A DNA stretch of 64,000 nucleotides from contig CAZSQS010000007.1 of assembly GCA_964608995.1 (NCBI GenBank), positions 7,843-71,842 of the forward strand. The letters run 5' to 3'. This document shows, one piece after another, positions 47,169 to 57,181 of the stretch. The position numbers and the translations under genes were made by a program. The notes below the pieces were generated by a model, which was not told where the DNA came from, did no database searches, and saw only the letters and a program-made list of their open reading frames with translations. The number at the start of each line of letters is the position of its first letter. The stretch's first letter is position 1. This DNA is from an uncultured Smithella sp. (GTDB lineage: Bacteria > Desulfobacterota > Syntrophia > Syntrophales > Smithellaceae).

Positions 47169-47206
47169 AAAGACGCCCCGGAATCTCAAGACTCCGGGGC
47201 GTCTTT
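47169..47206. terminator. Bidirectional terminator hairpin between convergent genes
   Basis: AAAGACGCCCCGGA (47169-47182) / TCCGGGGCGTCTTT (47193-47206), with A-run and T-run flanks. Confidence 0.75.
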
Positions 47207-47258
47207 TTAATTTTAGCGTCAGAATAAAAACATCTGCGACGCTATTTTTCCTATCATC

Positions 47259-48128
47259 CTATTTCTTGTAGCTGTAGAAACCCTCGCCGGTTTTCTGGCC
47301 GTATTTGCCCTGCGTGTAGAGTTTCACAACGGTGGGCACAGGCAGATCAGCCGGATTGCCGGACTCATAGAAGTGGCTCATGCCGATATCGAAGGCCAGA
47401 TCAACACCGGTGAGATCCAGCAGACGGAAGGGCCCCATCGGGTGACCGGCGCCATAGACGCACGCTTTGTCGATGTCTTCATAAGAGGCTACGCCCATTT
47501 CCAGCATCCAGAAGGCTTCCTTGTGGATTGCGCTGAAAATGCGGTTTAAGATGAACCCATCCACTTCTTTTTTCACATGGACGGGAATCTTGTCGATTTT
47601 CAAGCAGAAGTCCATCATGCACTTCGCGGTTTCGTCGGAGACATGCGGTCCCTGAACGACTTCGACCAGTTTCATGACCAGCGCCGGATTGAAGAAATGC
47701 AGATTGCACACCTGGGAGGGACGCTTGGTGGCATCGGCGATGCGTGAGCTGACGATAAAGGAGCTGTTCGAGCATAAAATGGCGTTCGCCGGAGCAATTT
47801 TATCGAGGTCGGCAAAGATTTTGCGCTTGAGGTCAATGCGTTCCAAAACGGCTTCGATCACCAGATCCGCATCCTTGGCGGCCACGCTCAGATCACCGGT
47901 AAAGGAGATTCTCGCGCGAGCGGCTTTGGCATCGGCTTCCGTCATTTTGCCCTTCTGGACACGACCGGCCAGATAGTTGTCCGCGAATTTCTCCGCTTTT
48001 TCCAGAACAGCCGCAACCACATCGGTGCAAACCGTCTTATAGCCGGACAGAGCGCACTGCATCGCAATCTGGTGCCCCATGTTTCCCGCGCCAACCACAC
48101 ATACGTTTTTCAGATCTTCAATTTTCAT
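47259..48128 (-). CDS. hbd: 3-hydroxybutyryl-CoA / 3-hydroxyacyl-CoA dehydrogenase
   Basis: Rossmann motif VVGAGNMGHQIA, NSSF, HFFNPA and a C-terminal dimerisation domain with GFILNRI. Confidence 0.85.
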   Translation of the reverse strand: MKIEDLKNVCVVGAGNMGHQIAMQCALSGYKTVCTDVVAAVLEKAEKFADNYLAGRVQKGKMTEADAKAARARISFTGDLSVAAKDADLVIEAVLERIDLKRKIFADLDKIAPANAILCSNSSFIVSSRIADATKRPSQVCNLHFFNPALVMKLVEVVQGPHVSDETAKCMMDFCLKIDKIPVHVKKEVDGFILNRIFSAIHKEAFWMLEMGVASYEDIDKACVYGAGHPMGPFRLLDLTGVDLAFDIGMSHFYESGNPADLPVPTVVKLYTQGKYGQKTGEGFYSYKK

Positions 48129-48276
48129 ACTGCATCCTCTCTTTCTTGTTTTTGATTTTTTTCTTCCGGTCGTGACGGGTATATCCGCCCGACCGTGAAT
48201 AGACTTCGATCGTCGGATGTATGAACTATGTTGTGCATGGTTTTGTCAAGTATTATTTGATTTTTTTGAATGATCG

Positions 48277-48305
48277 TTGACAGTGTGGCGCAATTTGATA
48301 TAGAT
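48277..48305 (+). promoter_or_regulatory. Sigma-70-type promoter candidate for the TetR-family gene
   Basis: TTGACA (48277-48282), a 16-17-nt spacer, then TATAGAT. Confidence 0.5.
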
Positions 48306-48341
48306 ACCCTTCACCGCGCAGAAAGGTCAGGTGTTTGATTG

Positions 48342-48968
48342 ATGAAAACTCAAGCTGCGTCAGGGAAGAAAACCGTTCCCAAAAAATGCAGCGATCTGTT
48401 TCGGAAAAGACAGGAACAGATCATCCATAAAGCCACCAAGCTCTTCATGAAAAAAGGGTATGCGCAAACCACCATGCGCGAAATATCCAAGGCCACAGGG
48501 ATTGATATCCGTAATATTTATTACTTTATCAAAAGTAAAGAGGAGATTCTTTTTCTGGTTTTTGAAATGCTTCACCGGCCCATCTATGAGCATTTCGAGC
48601 GCCAGGAGATCGCCGGCATTGACGACCCCGAAGAGCAACTGCGCGTCGTCATCCGTGAAATGATCCGAACCGGCTGCGACTATACCGACGAGATCGTGCT
48701 GATGTACCGGGAATCCAAATCGCTTCCCAGGCGACTGCTCAAAATCATGATGGAGCGCGAAAGCAAAGGAGTGGCTCAGATTGAAGCCATTTTGCAAAAA
48801 GGCGTCGAGCGGAAAGTATTTGACATCGACGATACGTCTTTTACCGCCAACGCCATCCTTTATCAATTGAGCCTCTACTCCCTTCGCCACTGGAACATGA
48901 AAAAGTATACCAAGGAACAGCTGGTTGATCTGCTTTCAAAAATTGTCATGTCCATGGTGAAACGGTAG
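48342..48968 (+). CDS. TetR-family transcriptional regulator
   Basis: HTH region ATKLFMKKGYAQTTMREISKATGIDIRNIYYFIKSKEEIL. Divergent from hbd. Confidence 0.85.
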   Translation: MKTQAASGKKTVPKKCSDLFRKRQEQIIHKATKLFMKKGYAQTTMREISKATGIDIRNIYYFIKSKEEILFLVFEMLHRPIYEHFERQEIAGIDDPEEQLRVVIREMIRTGCDYTDEIVLMYRESKSLPRRLLKIMMERESKGVAQIEAILQKGVERKVFDIDDTSFTANAILYQLSLYSLRHWNMKKYTKEQLVDLLSKIVMSMVKR

Positions 48969-49025
48969 CGCTCCGGTTCAATCACGGCAAGCGTATGCCC
49001 CTTGGACCGCATAAGGAATGCCTTC

Positions 49026-50570
49026 ATGACGCGTCTCTTCAAGACTCTCCTGCCGTGGATCGCCGCCGTATCGGGCGGCGTGCTGGCGTTTCTGGGCTAC
49101 GCCGGGTTTGATCACTTTTATCTGGAATGGATTTGCCTGGTGCCCATCCTCTGGGCGATTTCCGACGCAAAACCGCTGCGGGCGTTCTTTATCGGCTGGG
49201 TGGCGGGCCTGGTGGGCCATGCGGGCGGCTTCTACTGGATTGTTTATATGTTTGAGGAATTCGCTGGCCTGCCGCGGACTCCCGCCATCCTCGGGCTTTT
49301 GCTTCTGGCATCGGCCAACGCGCTGGTGTTTGCACTTTGGGCGGCAGGAACGAGGCTCATCGTCCGCGCCACCGGCTGGAGCATCATCTGGGTGTCGCCC
49401 GTCATCTGGACGGCGCTTGAAAAATTCTGGCCGCAGATTTTTCCCAACTACCTGGGCGCAAGCCAATATCAGCTTTCCGCACTCACCCAGATTGCGGATG
49501 TCACCGGCATTCTGGGCGTCACGTTTTTAGTGGTCTATGTCAATTCGCTTCTATGGGCGATCCTCGAGAGGCGCATCCACAAACAGCCGTTTGCCTGGCG
49601 GCCCATTACCGTATTTGCCCTCGTGATAGCGCTGACGATGGGCTATGGCGCATATCGCATCCGGACCATTGACACGCAGGCAACAGCGGCCAAAAAGCTC
49701 ACCATCGGGCTTGTGCAGACCAATCGCGGCGCGGGGCAGAAACACGCCGACCGGGACCGGTTTTTGAGAGAGCATCAGGAGCTCACCAGAGAGCTTCTCG
49801 CGGAGCGCAAAATCGATCTTCTGGTCTGGCCGGAAAATATCGTGTCGCTTCATCTGACATCGCGCCACGGGCAGCTGCCGCCTGCGGCCTTCGGCCAGCT
49901 CGACGCGCCGCTTTTGTTGGGCGCCATTTTGCAAATGGAGCAAAATCGCGAAACGCGCTACTACAACAGCGCCGTGCTTCTGGATCCATCCGGGCAGATT
50001 CTGGGCACTTACGACAAAACCATCCTGGTGCCTTTTGGCGAGTATATTCCGATGGGAGATATTTTTCCGTGGCTGTATTCCTGGTCGCCCTATTCCAGCC
50101 GGTTCTGGTCCGGCGAGATGACTGAACCGATGATCCTGGGCGGCCGGCCAATTTCCGTGAATATCTGCTATGAGGATATTTTTCCGGGCCATATCCGCCT
50201 GCTGATGAAAGGCGGACGTGACGGGCTTTTGCCGCAGGCCATGTTTAATCTGACCGACGATTCCTGGTACGGCAACACCGTGCAGCCCACCGAGCATCTC
50301 GTACTGGCCAGCTTCCGGGCTATTGAGCATCGGCGTCCTCTGGTGCGAGCCACCACCACCGGTATTTCCGCTCTCATCGATCCCGTGGGGCGCTTTACAC
50401 ACCGTACCGGTCAATGGACGAAGGAGACGCTCGTCGGCGACATCCCACTGATGTCGGGCCGCACCGTCTATGCGCGCGTCGGCGACTGGCTGGGATGGTT
50501 GTGTGCAAGTCTCGTCCTGTTCGCGTTGATACAGGCGTATCGGCTCAGGCGAAAAAGGAGCGCGTCATGA
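49026..50570 (+). CDS. lnt: Apolipoprotein N-acyltransferase
   Basis: Multi-pass N-terminal membrane domain plus a CN-hydrolase domain (LLVWPENI, NSAVLLDP, NICYEDIFPG). AAGGA lies 8 nt before ATG 49026. The track start at 49002 is a TTG. Confidence 0.85.
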   Translation: MTRLFKTLLPWIAAVSGGVLAFLGYAGFDHFYLEWICLVPILWAISDAKPLRAFFIGWVAGLVGHAGGFYWIVYMFEEFAGLPRTPAILGLLLLASANALVFALWAAGTRLIVRATGWSIIWVSPVIWTALEKFWPQIFPNYLGASQYQLSALTQIADVTGILGVTFLVVYVNSLLWAILERRIHKQPFAWRPITVFALVIALTMGYGAYRIRTIDTQATAAKKLTIGLVQTNRGAGQKHADRDRFLREHQELTRELLAERKIDLLVWPENIVSLHLTSRHGQLPPAAFGQLDAPLLLGAILQMEQNRETRYYNSAVLLDPSGQILGTYDKTILVPFGEYIPMGDIFPWLYSWSPYSSRFWSGEMTEPMILGGRPISVNICYEDIFPGHIRLLMKGGRDGLLPQAMFNLTDDSWYGNTVQPTEHLVLASFRAIEHRRPLVRATTTGISALIDPVGRFTHRTGQWTKETLVGDIPLMSGRTVYARVGDWLGWLCASLVLFALIQAYRLRRKRSAS

Positions 50571-51433
50571 ATGACCCAATATACCGGGGCGTCCTGACGA
50601 CGCAATACGGAAGGAGTTTTCTGCTCGCCGATGACGGCACGAAGCCGCTGGACAATGAAAAAATCTGGGAAGGCTACCTTGCGCACTGGACGGGAAAGCG
50701 GGTCTCGGCCCGCAGGCTTGTCCAAAAGGATTACGACACAGGCAAACCCATCATTATTCTCTGGCCGGACGAGCCTGTCTCGTGCGAACCATTTATTGAA
50801 CTTTACTTCAATGAACGGCTCGTGAAATATCCCGCCTCGCTTCTGGGACACCTGGCCGTCAACGTCAGCGGCGAAATCTTCAACTTCTCGCACCGGACGT
50901 ATGAAAATGAGGTCATGCGCCATGAAGACTATTTCTACCGGCCGGCGCTGGGCGAATTCGCGCCCCACCCGGAAACCGGACGCGACAACCTGACGGACCC
51001 GGAAAAACCCTACTATGACAAATTCGGCAGACTGTTCATGCGCACGATTTCCGTCCTTCGCCTCACCGGGCTCGATACACGGCGGCTGGCCGGCTTTTTT
51101 CATGCCCGGCTCAATGAAATCCACAGCGCGCCGCCCGATCCGCGTAAACCCGGATACTACAGCGGATTCAACCTCTTTACCCGAAACTGCGCCACGATGA
51201 TCCGCAACGGCTTTCAGGATCTGGGCTTTTCATCGATTCGCGGCATTTTCCCGCGGGAGGTGTTCGTAAGCGCCTCCTATTATTTTTTGAAACAAAATAC
51301 GGATGCAACCATCCAAGCCTCAAGCCATGTGCTTCGTCAGCTTAGGGTGCCCCAGGCGGCAAAAAGCGCCCTGCCCCCGATGATGAATCCGGTAAACTGG
51401 TTAAAGTATTGGCGCCTTGCACAAAACGCCTAA
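50567..51433 (+). CDS. Hypothetical protein translationally coupled to lnt (possible DUF4105/Lnb-N-like His...Cys motifs)
   Basis: ATG 50567 overlaps the lnt stop (ATGA). 288 aa with no signal peptide or TM helix. Contains LLGHLAVNVSG and FTRNCATMIRNG. Confidence 0.55.
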   Translation: MNDPIYRGVLTTQYGRSFLLADDGTKPLDNEKIWEGYLAHWTGKRVSARRLVQKDYDTGKPIIILWPDEPVSCEPFIELYFNERLVKYPASLLGHLAVNVSGEIFNFSHRTYENEVMRHEDYFYRPALGEFAPHPETGRDNLTDPEKPYYDKFGRLFMRTISVLRLTGLDTRRLAGFFHARLNEIHSAPPDPRKPGYYSGFNLFTRNCATMIRNGFQDLGFSSIRGIFPREVFVSASYYFLKQNTDATIQASSHVLRQLRVPQAAKSALPPMMNPVNWLKYWRLAQNA

Positions 51434-51528
51434 AGTTTTATTGAAAAACTGCCGAACGTATCTGTATAGCTTCATGCGAGGCCATAAATAAACGGTACTT
51501 AACTTTTTCCCTGACGGGTTACTTCGAC

Positions 51529-52434
51529 ATGACCAAACACACCAGAGCGCTGGCCGTCTTATTCGCAGACATTACAAAAAGCTCCATCATCTATGAAAAG
51601 CTTGGCGATCAGGCCGCCCAGGAAACCGTAGGCCGAATTCTCTCAACCCTGTCCGATCTGACGCTGGAAAAGGGCGGCAGTGTGATCAAAAGCGTGGGCG
51701 ACGCCATTATTTCGACGTTTCCGGCAATGGATAGCGCCGTTGAAGCCGCCATCCTGATGCAGCAGGCAATGAGCGCTCATTTTTCCAGCGCTCAAAACAA
51801 CCTTCCACTGCACATCCATATCGGCATCCAGTATGGGCCGGTGGTTGTGGAAAATGGCGATATTTTCGGAGATGTCGTCAATACAACCGCGCGTCTCGTG
51901 GACTTCGCCAATCCGCGGCAAATTGTCACCACGCGCCAGGCCCTGGAAAAACTGCCCGCCGATACACCGCATCGCACGCGATACATCATGAACATTACAG
52001 CCAAAAATATCGCCGGTGAGCTTGAGCTTTTCGAAGTTATCCATGAGGAACAAAGCACCACCACCGTCATCGACTGCCGCAGACTCGAAAAAATCCTCTC
52101 GAGCAGCCTTCACCTGACGCGCGGGGCGCAAACGGTGATTGTCAACCGCCAAAATCCTCTGGTGTCCATCGGTCGGGAAAGCTTCAACGACATCATCATC
52201 CGCCATCCCTGGATTTCGCGGGCGCACGCCGTCATTGAAAATCGCGGCGGCGTCTTTTTAATCAAGGACAAAAGCACCAACGGCACGTTTGTCTATCCGG
52301 ATGAGGGAGAACCTTTTGTGGTCAGTAAAGCCGAAGCCTCACTTGCCGGACGAGGAGCTATCATCTTCGGCCGCGGCAAAGACAGCCAGCGCGAAGGCGA
52401 AACCACCGATCTGATTTCCTACGACATTCCGTGA
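51529..52434 (+). CDS. Class III adenylate/guanylate cyclase domain fused to FHA domain
   Basis: AVLFADITKSS...KSVGDAIISTF...FGDVVNTTARL form the cyclase core. The C-terminal VSIGRESFNDIIIRHPWISRAHAVIENRGGVFLIKDKSTNGTFV is an FHA domain. Confidence 0.85.
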   Translation: MTKHTRALAVLFADITKSSIIYEKLGDQAAQETVGRILSTLSDLTLEKGGSVIKSVGDAIISTFPAMDSAVEAAILMQQAMSAHFSSAQNNLPLHIHIGIQYGPVVVENGDIFGDVVNTTARLVDFANPRQIVTTRQALEKLPADTPHRTRYIMNITAKNIAGELELFEVIHEEQSTTTVIDCRRLEKILSSSLHLTRGAQTVIVNRQNPLVSIGRESFNDIIIRHPWISRAHAVIENRGGVFLIKDKSTNGTFVYPDEGEPFVVSKAEASLAGRGAIIFGRGKDSQREGETTDLISYDIP

Positions 52435-52481
52435 CGCGGCCCCTTGTTTTTTTTATGAAACCGGGGCCGGACACCCTGCCA

Positions 52482-53687
52482 TCACTCAGTGAAATATTTG
52501 TTCAGATCGATTTCTTCCCAGCCGGAATACCCGCGCACTTTCAGCCATATTTTCAATGTCGAGGGCTGCGCCACGACCGAATAGATAGTTTTGATAAACC
52601 CGCCTTCAGGGAAGGTCGCCGCGCCTTCGGGAATCGTCATATCAAAGATTTGCATCATCTTCTGCGGTGTGATGGCGCCTTTGTTCAATTCACCCTGATC
52701 CATCAAATTCAATCGGCGGGTGACGGTGAGACCAATGCCCTCGGTTGTCGTATCGAAGAAAACAATCGGGTAATCCACCCAGGAAGGATCGATAAAGTCG
52801 TTGGTGGCAGCAATCAGCCCGTCAGCGTTGCGCGGCGCCACACGAAACGTGGCCCATTCGTAGATTGTGGCCCTATCGGGAAAAGACGCGTTCATGATGA
52901 GCCCCGCGTCGGGCAGTGTGGATTGAAACCACCTTTCCACCTCTTCGGCGGATGTGTTGCGAAAAAGGCTCTCCAATAAGATATTATTGGCGTTTTCGCG
53001 GCCTTCCGGCTCGGTGGGATCGGCATTCTGGCCGTTTTGGAGTTCCAGAAAAATGCCCTTACTATTGATCGCGGTCTGATAAAACAGTCCGCCGAGAAAG
53101 TCGATATGGGCCACGGAGGCGGGCCAGCCATAAGGATTCCAGACGACCACATGAAAATATTTACTGAAACGGCGCAGGGTTTCAGAAGGCAAATCCAGGT
53201 TGCGCCCGGTCACGACAGCGCCATCTTCCGTGTAGTCGCCCCAGGCGGATAAACTGCTGCACCCGGCTTCAAAAATCGTCACGAGGGAGGTGGATAAAAT
53301 ATAGGTCTTTTCCTGATCCAATTCGTTGGTTTCAGCCATCCCGTCGAGAAAATCCTTGAATATCTGGGGAAATTGATCGTAACTCACCTGGGCCGCCGCC
53401 GCCAGGTCATCATAGCTGACCCCTTTCTCGCCTATGAGAAACTCATCGACGGCTGCTTCGTAAAACGCGCCCAGCTCCCCTTTGAGCAGCAGTCCATATT
53501 GCCGGCCCATCTGATGGAAGGTGCCGCTGAGTTTGGCAATATAAAACGATCCCGACGGACTTTTATAAAGCTCTCCTCCCTCGAAGGTTCGAATGGGGGC
53601 ATTTTTATCCTGATCGCCATCGGCACACGACGTGGCCAAAAAACACACCATCAACATTAAAATAACGAATATAAATCGTTTATTCAT
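52482..53687 (-). CDS. C45-family / Ntn-hydrolase-like lipoprotein
   Basis: Lipobox LATSC. FEAGCSSLSAWGDYTEDGAVVTGRNLDL resembles the autoprocessing Cys context of C45 acyltransferase/hydrolases. Confidence 0.6.
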   Translation of the reverse strand: MNKRFIFVILMLMVCFLATSCADGDQDKNAPIRTFEGGELYKSPSGSFYIAKLSGTFHQMGRQYGLLLKGELGAFYEAAVDEFLIGEKGVSYDDLAAAAQVSYDQFPQIFKDFLDGMAETNELDQEKTYILSTSLVTIFEAGCSSLSAWGDYTEDGAVVTGRNLDLPSETLRRFSKYFHVVVWNPYGWPASVAHIDFLGGLFYQTAINSKGIFLELQNGQNADPTEPEGRENANNILLESLFRNTSAEEVERWFQSTLPDAGLIMNASFPDRATIYEWATFRVAPRNADGLIAATNDFIDPSWVDYPIVFFDTTTEGIGLTVTRRLNLMDQGELNKGAITPQKMMQIFDMTIPEGAATFPEGGFIKTIYSVVAQPSTLKIWLKVRGYSGWEEIDLNKYFTE

Positions 53688-53958
53688 AAAATTCCTGCCT
53701 CCTTAAAAGCAATCCTCTCTTAAAAAATCATTTACCTGCTTTCCACACAACCCGCCTGACGCTCCCCTTAGGTTTTCCGATGCTCATTTTGAACTATATC
53801 GGCAAAAACTGCAAAGCATTGAACCCGTCTGGGGAAATCCCTTGAATAAGGACGTAAGTTTATATGTCCATCGTCGTATTTCCCCCAAGTTTTATTCAAA
53901 TTGTGCCGATAATCTATCAGATATAAAAATACCTGGAAAGGCCAAAGCCTGATCGATC

Positions 53959-55218
53959 ATGCTATCGCTCGACACCGCAACCGTCATCTTTATGGTGCTC
54001 ATCATCACGTGCATCTGCGCATTGCTGATCATGCTTCTTTGGCGAAACAACCGTCATCGCTATCCGGAATTGCACCTCATGGCCTGGGGCTTTGCGATCC
54101 AGACACTGGCCATGATCCTGCTTTCCTTGCACGATCTGGCCCCGGAAGGTTTCTCCATGGTGGCCGGCAATGCGCTGATTATTGCCGCGGCCATCACCGG
54201 CTACATCAGCCTGGAGCGTTTCCTGGACAAACGGGGGCCGCAATTCCACAATGTCATCCTTCTGGGACTGTTTATCCTTCTCCAGATCTATTTTACGTAT
54301 ATCGCCCCCAATACAGCGGCCCGTCTTTACAACTCCGCAGCGGCGCTTTTAATCATCTGTCTGCAATATGCCTGGCTCTTGCTCTGGCGCGCCGGGGCCG
54401 CCCTGCGCCCCATCACGCGCGATGTGGGCCTTGTTTTTCTGGGTTTTTCCGTGCTGGGCATCGCCCGGATTCTCGCCGCTTTCGCCCGGCCCGATATGGG
54501 GGACTATTTTGAAACCGGCAATTTTCAGTCCTGGGTTTTCATTCTGTATGGCGTTTTTTTTATATTGTTCACCTATACCTTGTCTTTGATGATCAACCGG
54601 CGACTGCTTCGCGACGTTTACACCGGGGAGGAAAAATTTTCCAAAGTTTTTCATAGCTCCCCTTACGCGCTGATTCTGTCATCTCTGTCTGACGGCAGGA
54701 TCCTGGATTTCAATGATGGTTTTTTAAAGATGTTCGGTTATGACCGAAGCGATGTGGCCGGGAAATCCGGCATGGAAATCAACACCTGGTATAACCCCGA
54801 GGACCGGGAACTCATCATGGAAACGCTTCGGCAGGAAGGCGGCCTGAGAGAAAAAGAACTGCTCTTTCGGCATAAATCCGGACAGGTGCTCTGCGGGCTG
54901 GTCTGGAGTGATGTCCTGACCATCAACGCCGAACCCTTTGTTTTGTCGAGCATCATCGACATCACCGGGCGCAAACAGCAACAATTTGAACGCGAGGCCC
55001 TGATCGAACAGCTCCAGCAGGCCCTCGCGGACGTTCGCACGCTCAGCGGTCTTTTGCCCATCTGTTCATCGTGCAAGAAAATCCGCGACGACAAGGGCTA
55101 CTGGAATTCACTGGAAGCGTATATTCAAAAACACTCTCCGGCAAAGCTCTCCCACAGTATCTGCCCGGAATGCACTAAAAAGCTCTATCCGGAATATGCC
55201 GACCGGAAAAAAGAATAA
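53959..55218 (+). CDS. Membrane PAS sensor with C-terminal 4-Cys (CxxC...CxxC) module and no kinase domain
   Basis: About seven N-terminal TM helices, a PAS domain (FSKVFHSSPYALILSS...DITGRK), then LSGLLPICSSCKKIRDDKGYWNSLEAYIQKHSPAKLSHSICPECTKKLYPEY. Confidence 0.75.
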   Translation: MLSLDTATVIFMVLIITCICALLIMLLWRNNRHRYPELHLMAWGFAIQTLAMILLSLHDLAPEGFSMVAGNALIIAAAITGYISLERFLDKRGPQFHNVILLGLFILLQIYFTYIAPNTAARLYNSAAALLIICLQYAWLLLWRAGAALRPITRDVGLVFLGFSVLGIARILAAFARPDMGDYFETGNFQSWVFILYGVFFILFTYTLSLMINRRLLRDVYTGEEKFSKVFHSSPYALILSSLSDGRILDFNDGFLKMFGYDRSDVAGKSGMEINTWYNPEDRELIMETLRQEGGLREKELLFRHKSGQVLCGLVWSDVLTINAEPFVLSSIIDITGRKQQQFEREALIEQLQQALADVRTLSGLLPICSSCKKIRDDKGYWNSLEAYIQKHSPAKLSHSICPECTKKLYPEYADRKKE

Positions 55219-55266
55219 GCCTGTCGATTGTTTTATCAATTTTTCTTCAACTGAACCCATCGTTTT

Positions 55267-56445
55267 TCAGGCCTTTTTCATTAAATATCCGTCTTTGAGC
55301 GCCCGGGCCAGTATCACGCCGGCGCGCACCAGGGACAGGCCTGTGGTTTCGCTGATCCTGGCCAGTGTCGCGGCGCCGCCTGAGATCGCATTGACCACGG
55401 TTTGCATTTCGGGGTCTTCCGTCTGCGGAACTTTTTTGACGTCGATCCGGTCTTCCCGACCGGGAAAATATGGCTTCAGAGCATCGCGCTCATCCGCCAG
55501 ACGGCAGGTATCCATCAAAACGAAATTGACGGGGTGGTTCATGTGGCCGGAGACAATTTTATTGGCGGCCACGTGAAATTCGCCCTCACGCAGCGACACC
55601 AGATCGACCAGGGCGTCTTCGCCCTGCAGAGACCCGAGAGAAGCGTCCAGGACCCGGCCATTTTTTATAGCGATGAAACCTTCCTGCGCCCCGGCCTTCA
55701 CATGAATCGTCCCCTCCTTGTCGAGTTGCTCAAAAATCTGCATCATGTCGATCAGAGAGATTTCATCGAGCCTTCCGCCAAGTATTTTTTCGGTTTGTTT
55801 CATTTTCCCCAGCATCATATCCATCCGGGAGGAGGCCATATTGGCGCATAAATCGACAAACGACTGGATTTTTGCTTTTTCAGCCGGTGTCGCATCAATA
55901 AATTCAACGCCCAGCTCGCAGATGTCTTTCGAGGTCTTGATCTTGCGGATGGCGCAAAACAAATGCATGTCGCTGTCCATCGCGTTGAAGATCACCCGGT
56001 AAAGCACATCGGAGGCCGGCTCTCTCGCCTCCCCGGCAGGAATGCGAAAACCGCATCCGCCTGCGCTGATGTCCGTCAGCGTCGCCTGCGATATAAAATT
56101 GCCGTCTTTGTCCAGAAACTGCGCCGGTAAATTCACCGCGACGCGCTTGAATTGCCGGATGGAGCATTGGTCGATCTTGTCCGGATATTTGCAGAACATG
56201 ACGGGGAAATAATGCGCGTTGATGAGCAGGATCTTCGTCTCGAATCCATAGGCGATGCCGTCTTTGAGAAAGCGCATCTTGCAGTGCGTGTTGGGTTTGA
56301 GCTGCGCCGCCGCGCCGGATGATTTCACAACGCCCGTGATGAGGAACACATCCTGCTTCCAGCCCAGAAGCTCAGTGGTCAGATAGGATTTGTAATAGGA
56401 TTCGATGGCGATGGGCAGCCCGACTTCAAAAACATGATTGTCCAT
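55267..56445 (-). CDS. PilZ domain - DUF4388 (PATAN-like) fusion protein
   Basis: AGGAGAGG precedes ATG 56445, so the track start at 56688 is an over-extension. PilZ-like RQFKRVAVNLPAQF...DISAGGCGFRI. C-terminal DUF4388-like ISLIDMMQIFEQLDKEGTIHV...GEDALVDLVSL. Confidence 0.7.
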   Translation of the reverse strand: MDNHVFEVGLPIAIESYYKSYLTTELLGWKQDVFLITGVVKSSGAAAQLKPNTHCKMRFLKDGIAYGFETKILLINAHYFPVMFCKYPDKIDQCSIRQFKRVAVNLPAQFLDKDGNFISQATLTDISAGGCGFRIPAGEAREPASDVLYRVIFNAMDSDMHLFCAIRKIKTSKDICELGVEFIDATPAEKAKIQSFVDLCANMASSRMDMMLGKMKQTEKILGGRLDEISLIDMMQIFEQLDKEGTIHVKAGAQEGFIAIKNGRVLDASLGSLQGEDALVDLVSLREGEFHVAANKIVSGHMNHPVNFVLMDTCRLADERDALKPYFPGREDRIDVKKVPQTEDPEMQTVVNAISGGAATLARISETTGLSLVRAGVILARALKDGYLMKKA

Positions 56446-56650
56446 GGAGCCTCTCCTGGCGGTATTGCGTTTCATGAAACGAAAACGGTTGTTCGAGAAA
56501 CTTCGAAGGTATTTGTAACACAAGTTCATCCAGAGTTCTACGGTATTTGATGAATGAACCGGGGCAAGAGACGTCCTTCGTGAGTAATTCCATGACAAGT
56601 GGATCAGTGATGCAGAATTGGCAATCCCATGGTGGCGCATGAAGATCACC

Positions 56651-56679
56651 TTGACACTTATTCCGGCGTTTTCTATACT
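56651..56679 (+). promoter_or_regulatory. Sigma-70-type promoter candidate
   Basis: TTGACA (56651-56656), a 17-nt spacer, then TATACT (56674-56679). It lies 36 nt before GTG 56715. Confidence 0.6.
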
Positions 56680-56714
56680 TCGCTTCACAAAGATTTTCGG
56701 ACAAGGGGGAATGC

Positions 56715-57137
56715 GTGAAGAATCTGGTGATTTTATCCGGCGGTTTTGATCCGATTCAGATGGGCCATGTGTATATGATGGAAGCCGCGTCGCTTTTGGG
56801 CGAGATTGTGATTTGCCTCAACAGCGATGAGTGGCTTCGGCGAAAAAAGGGCAAACCATTCATGACCTGGATTGAACGGGCGACGATTGTCGGCAATATG
56901 AAACAGGTGATTGATGTTTTGCCCATGAATGATGAGGACAATACCGCCTGTGACGGCATTCGATGCGCGCATGAGAAATATCAGAAGCAGTATAACGCCA
57001 TCCATTTCGGCAACGGCGGCGAGAGAAACCCTGTTTCAACGCCCGCCAAAGAACAGGAATTATGCAAAAAACTGGGCATCCGGTTAATCTGGGATTTGGG
57101 CGAAAGGGATAAAGTGCCTCCCTCGGGCTGGATTTGA
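56715..57137 (+). CDS. Cytidylyl/adenylyltransferase-family small nucleotidyltransferase
   Basis: GTG start with AAGGGGGA upstream. ILSGGFDPIQMGHVYMM contains the (H/T)xGH nucleotidyltransferase motif. Confidence 0.65.
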   Translation: MKNLVILSGGFDPIQMGHVYMMEAASLLGEIVICLNSDEWLRRKKGKPFMTWIERATIVGNMKQVIDVLPMNDEDNTACDGIRCAHEKYQKQYNAIHFGNGGERNPVSTPAKEQELCKKLGIRLIWDLGERDKVPPSGWI

Positions 57138-57181
57138 GATTTACAAAAAACTTTTTTGGCTGCGGGATGTGTTTTACCGGA

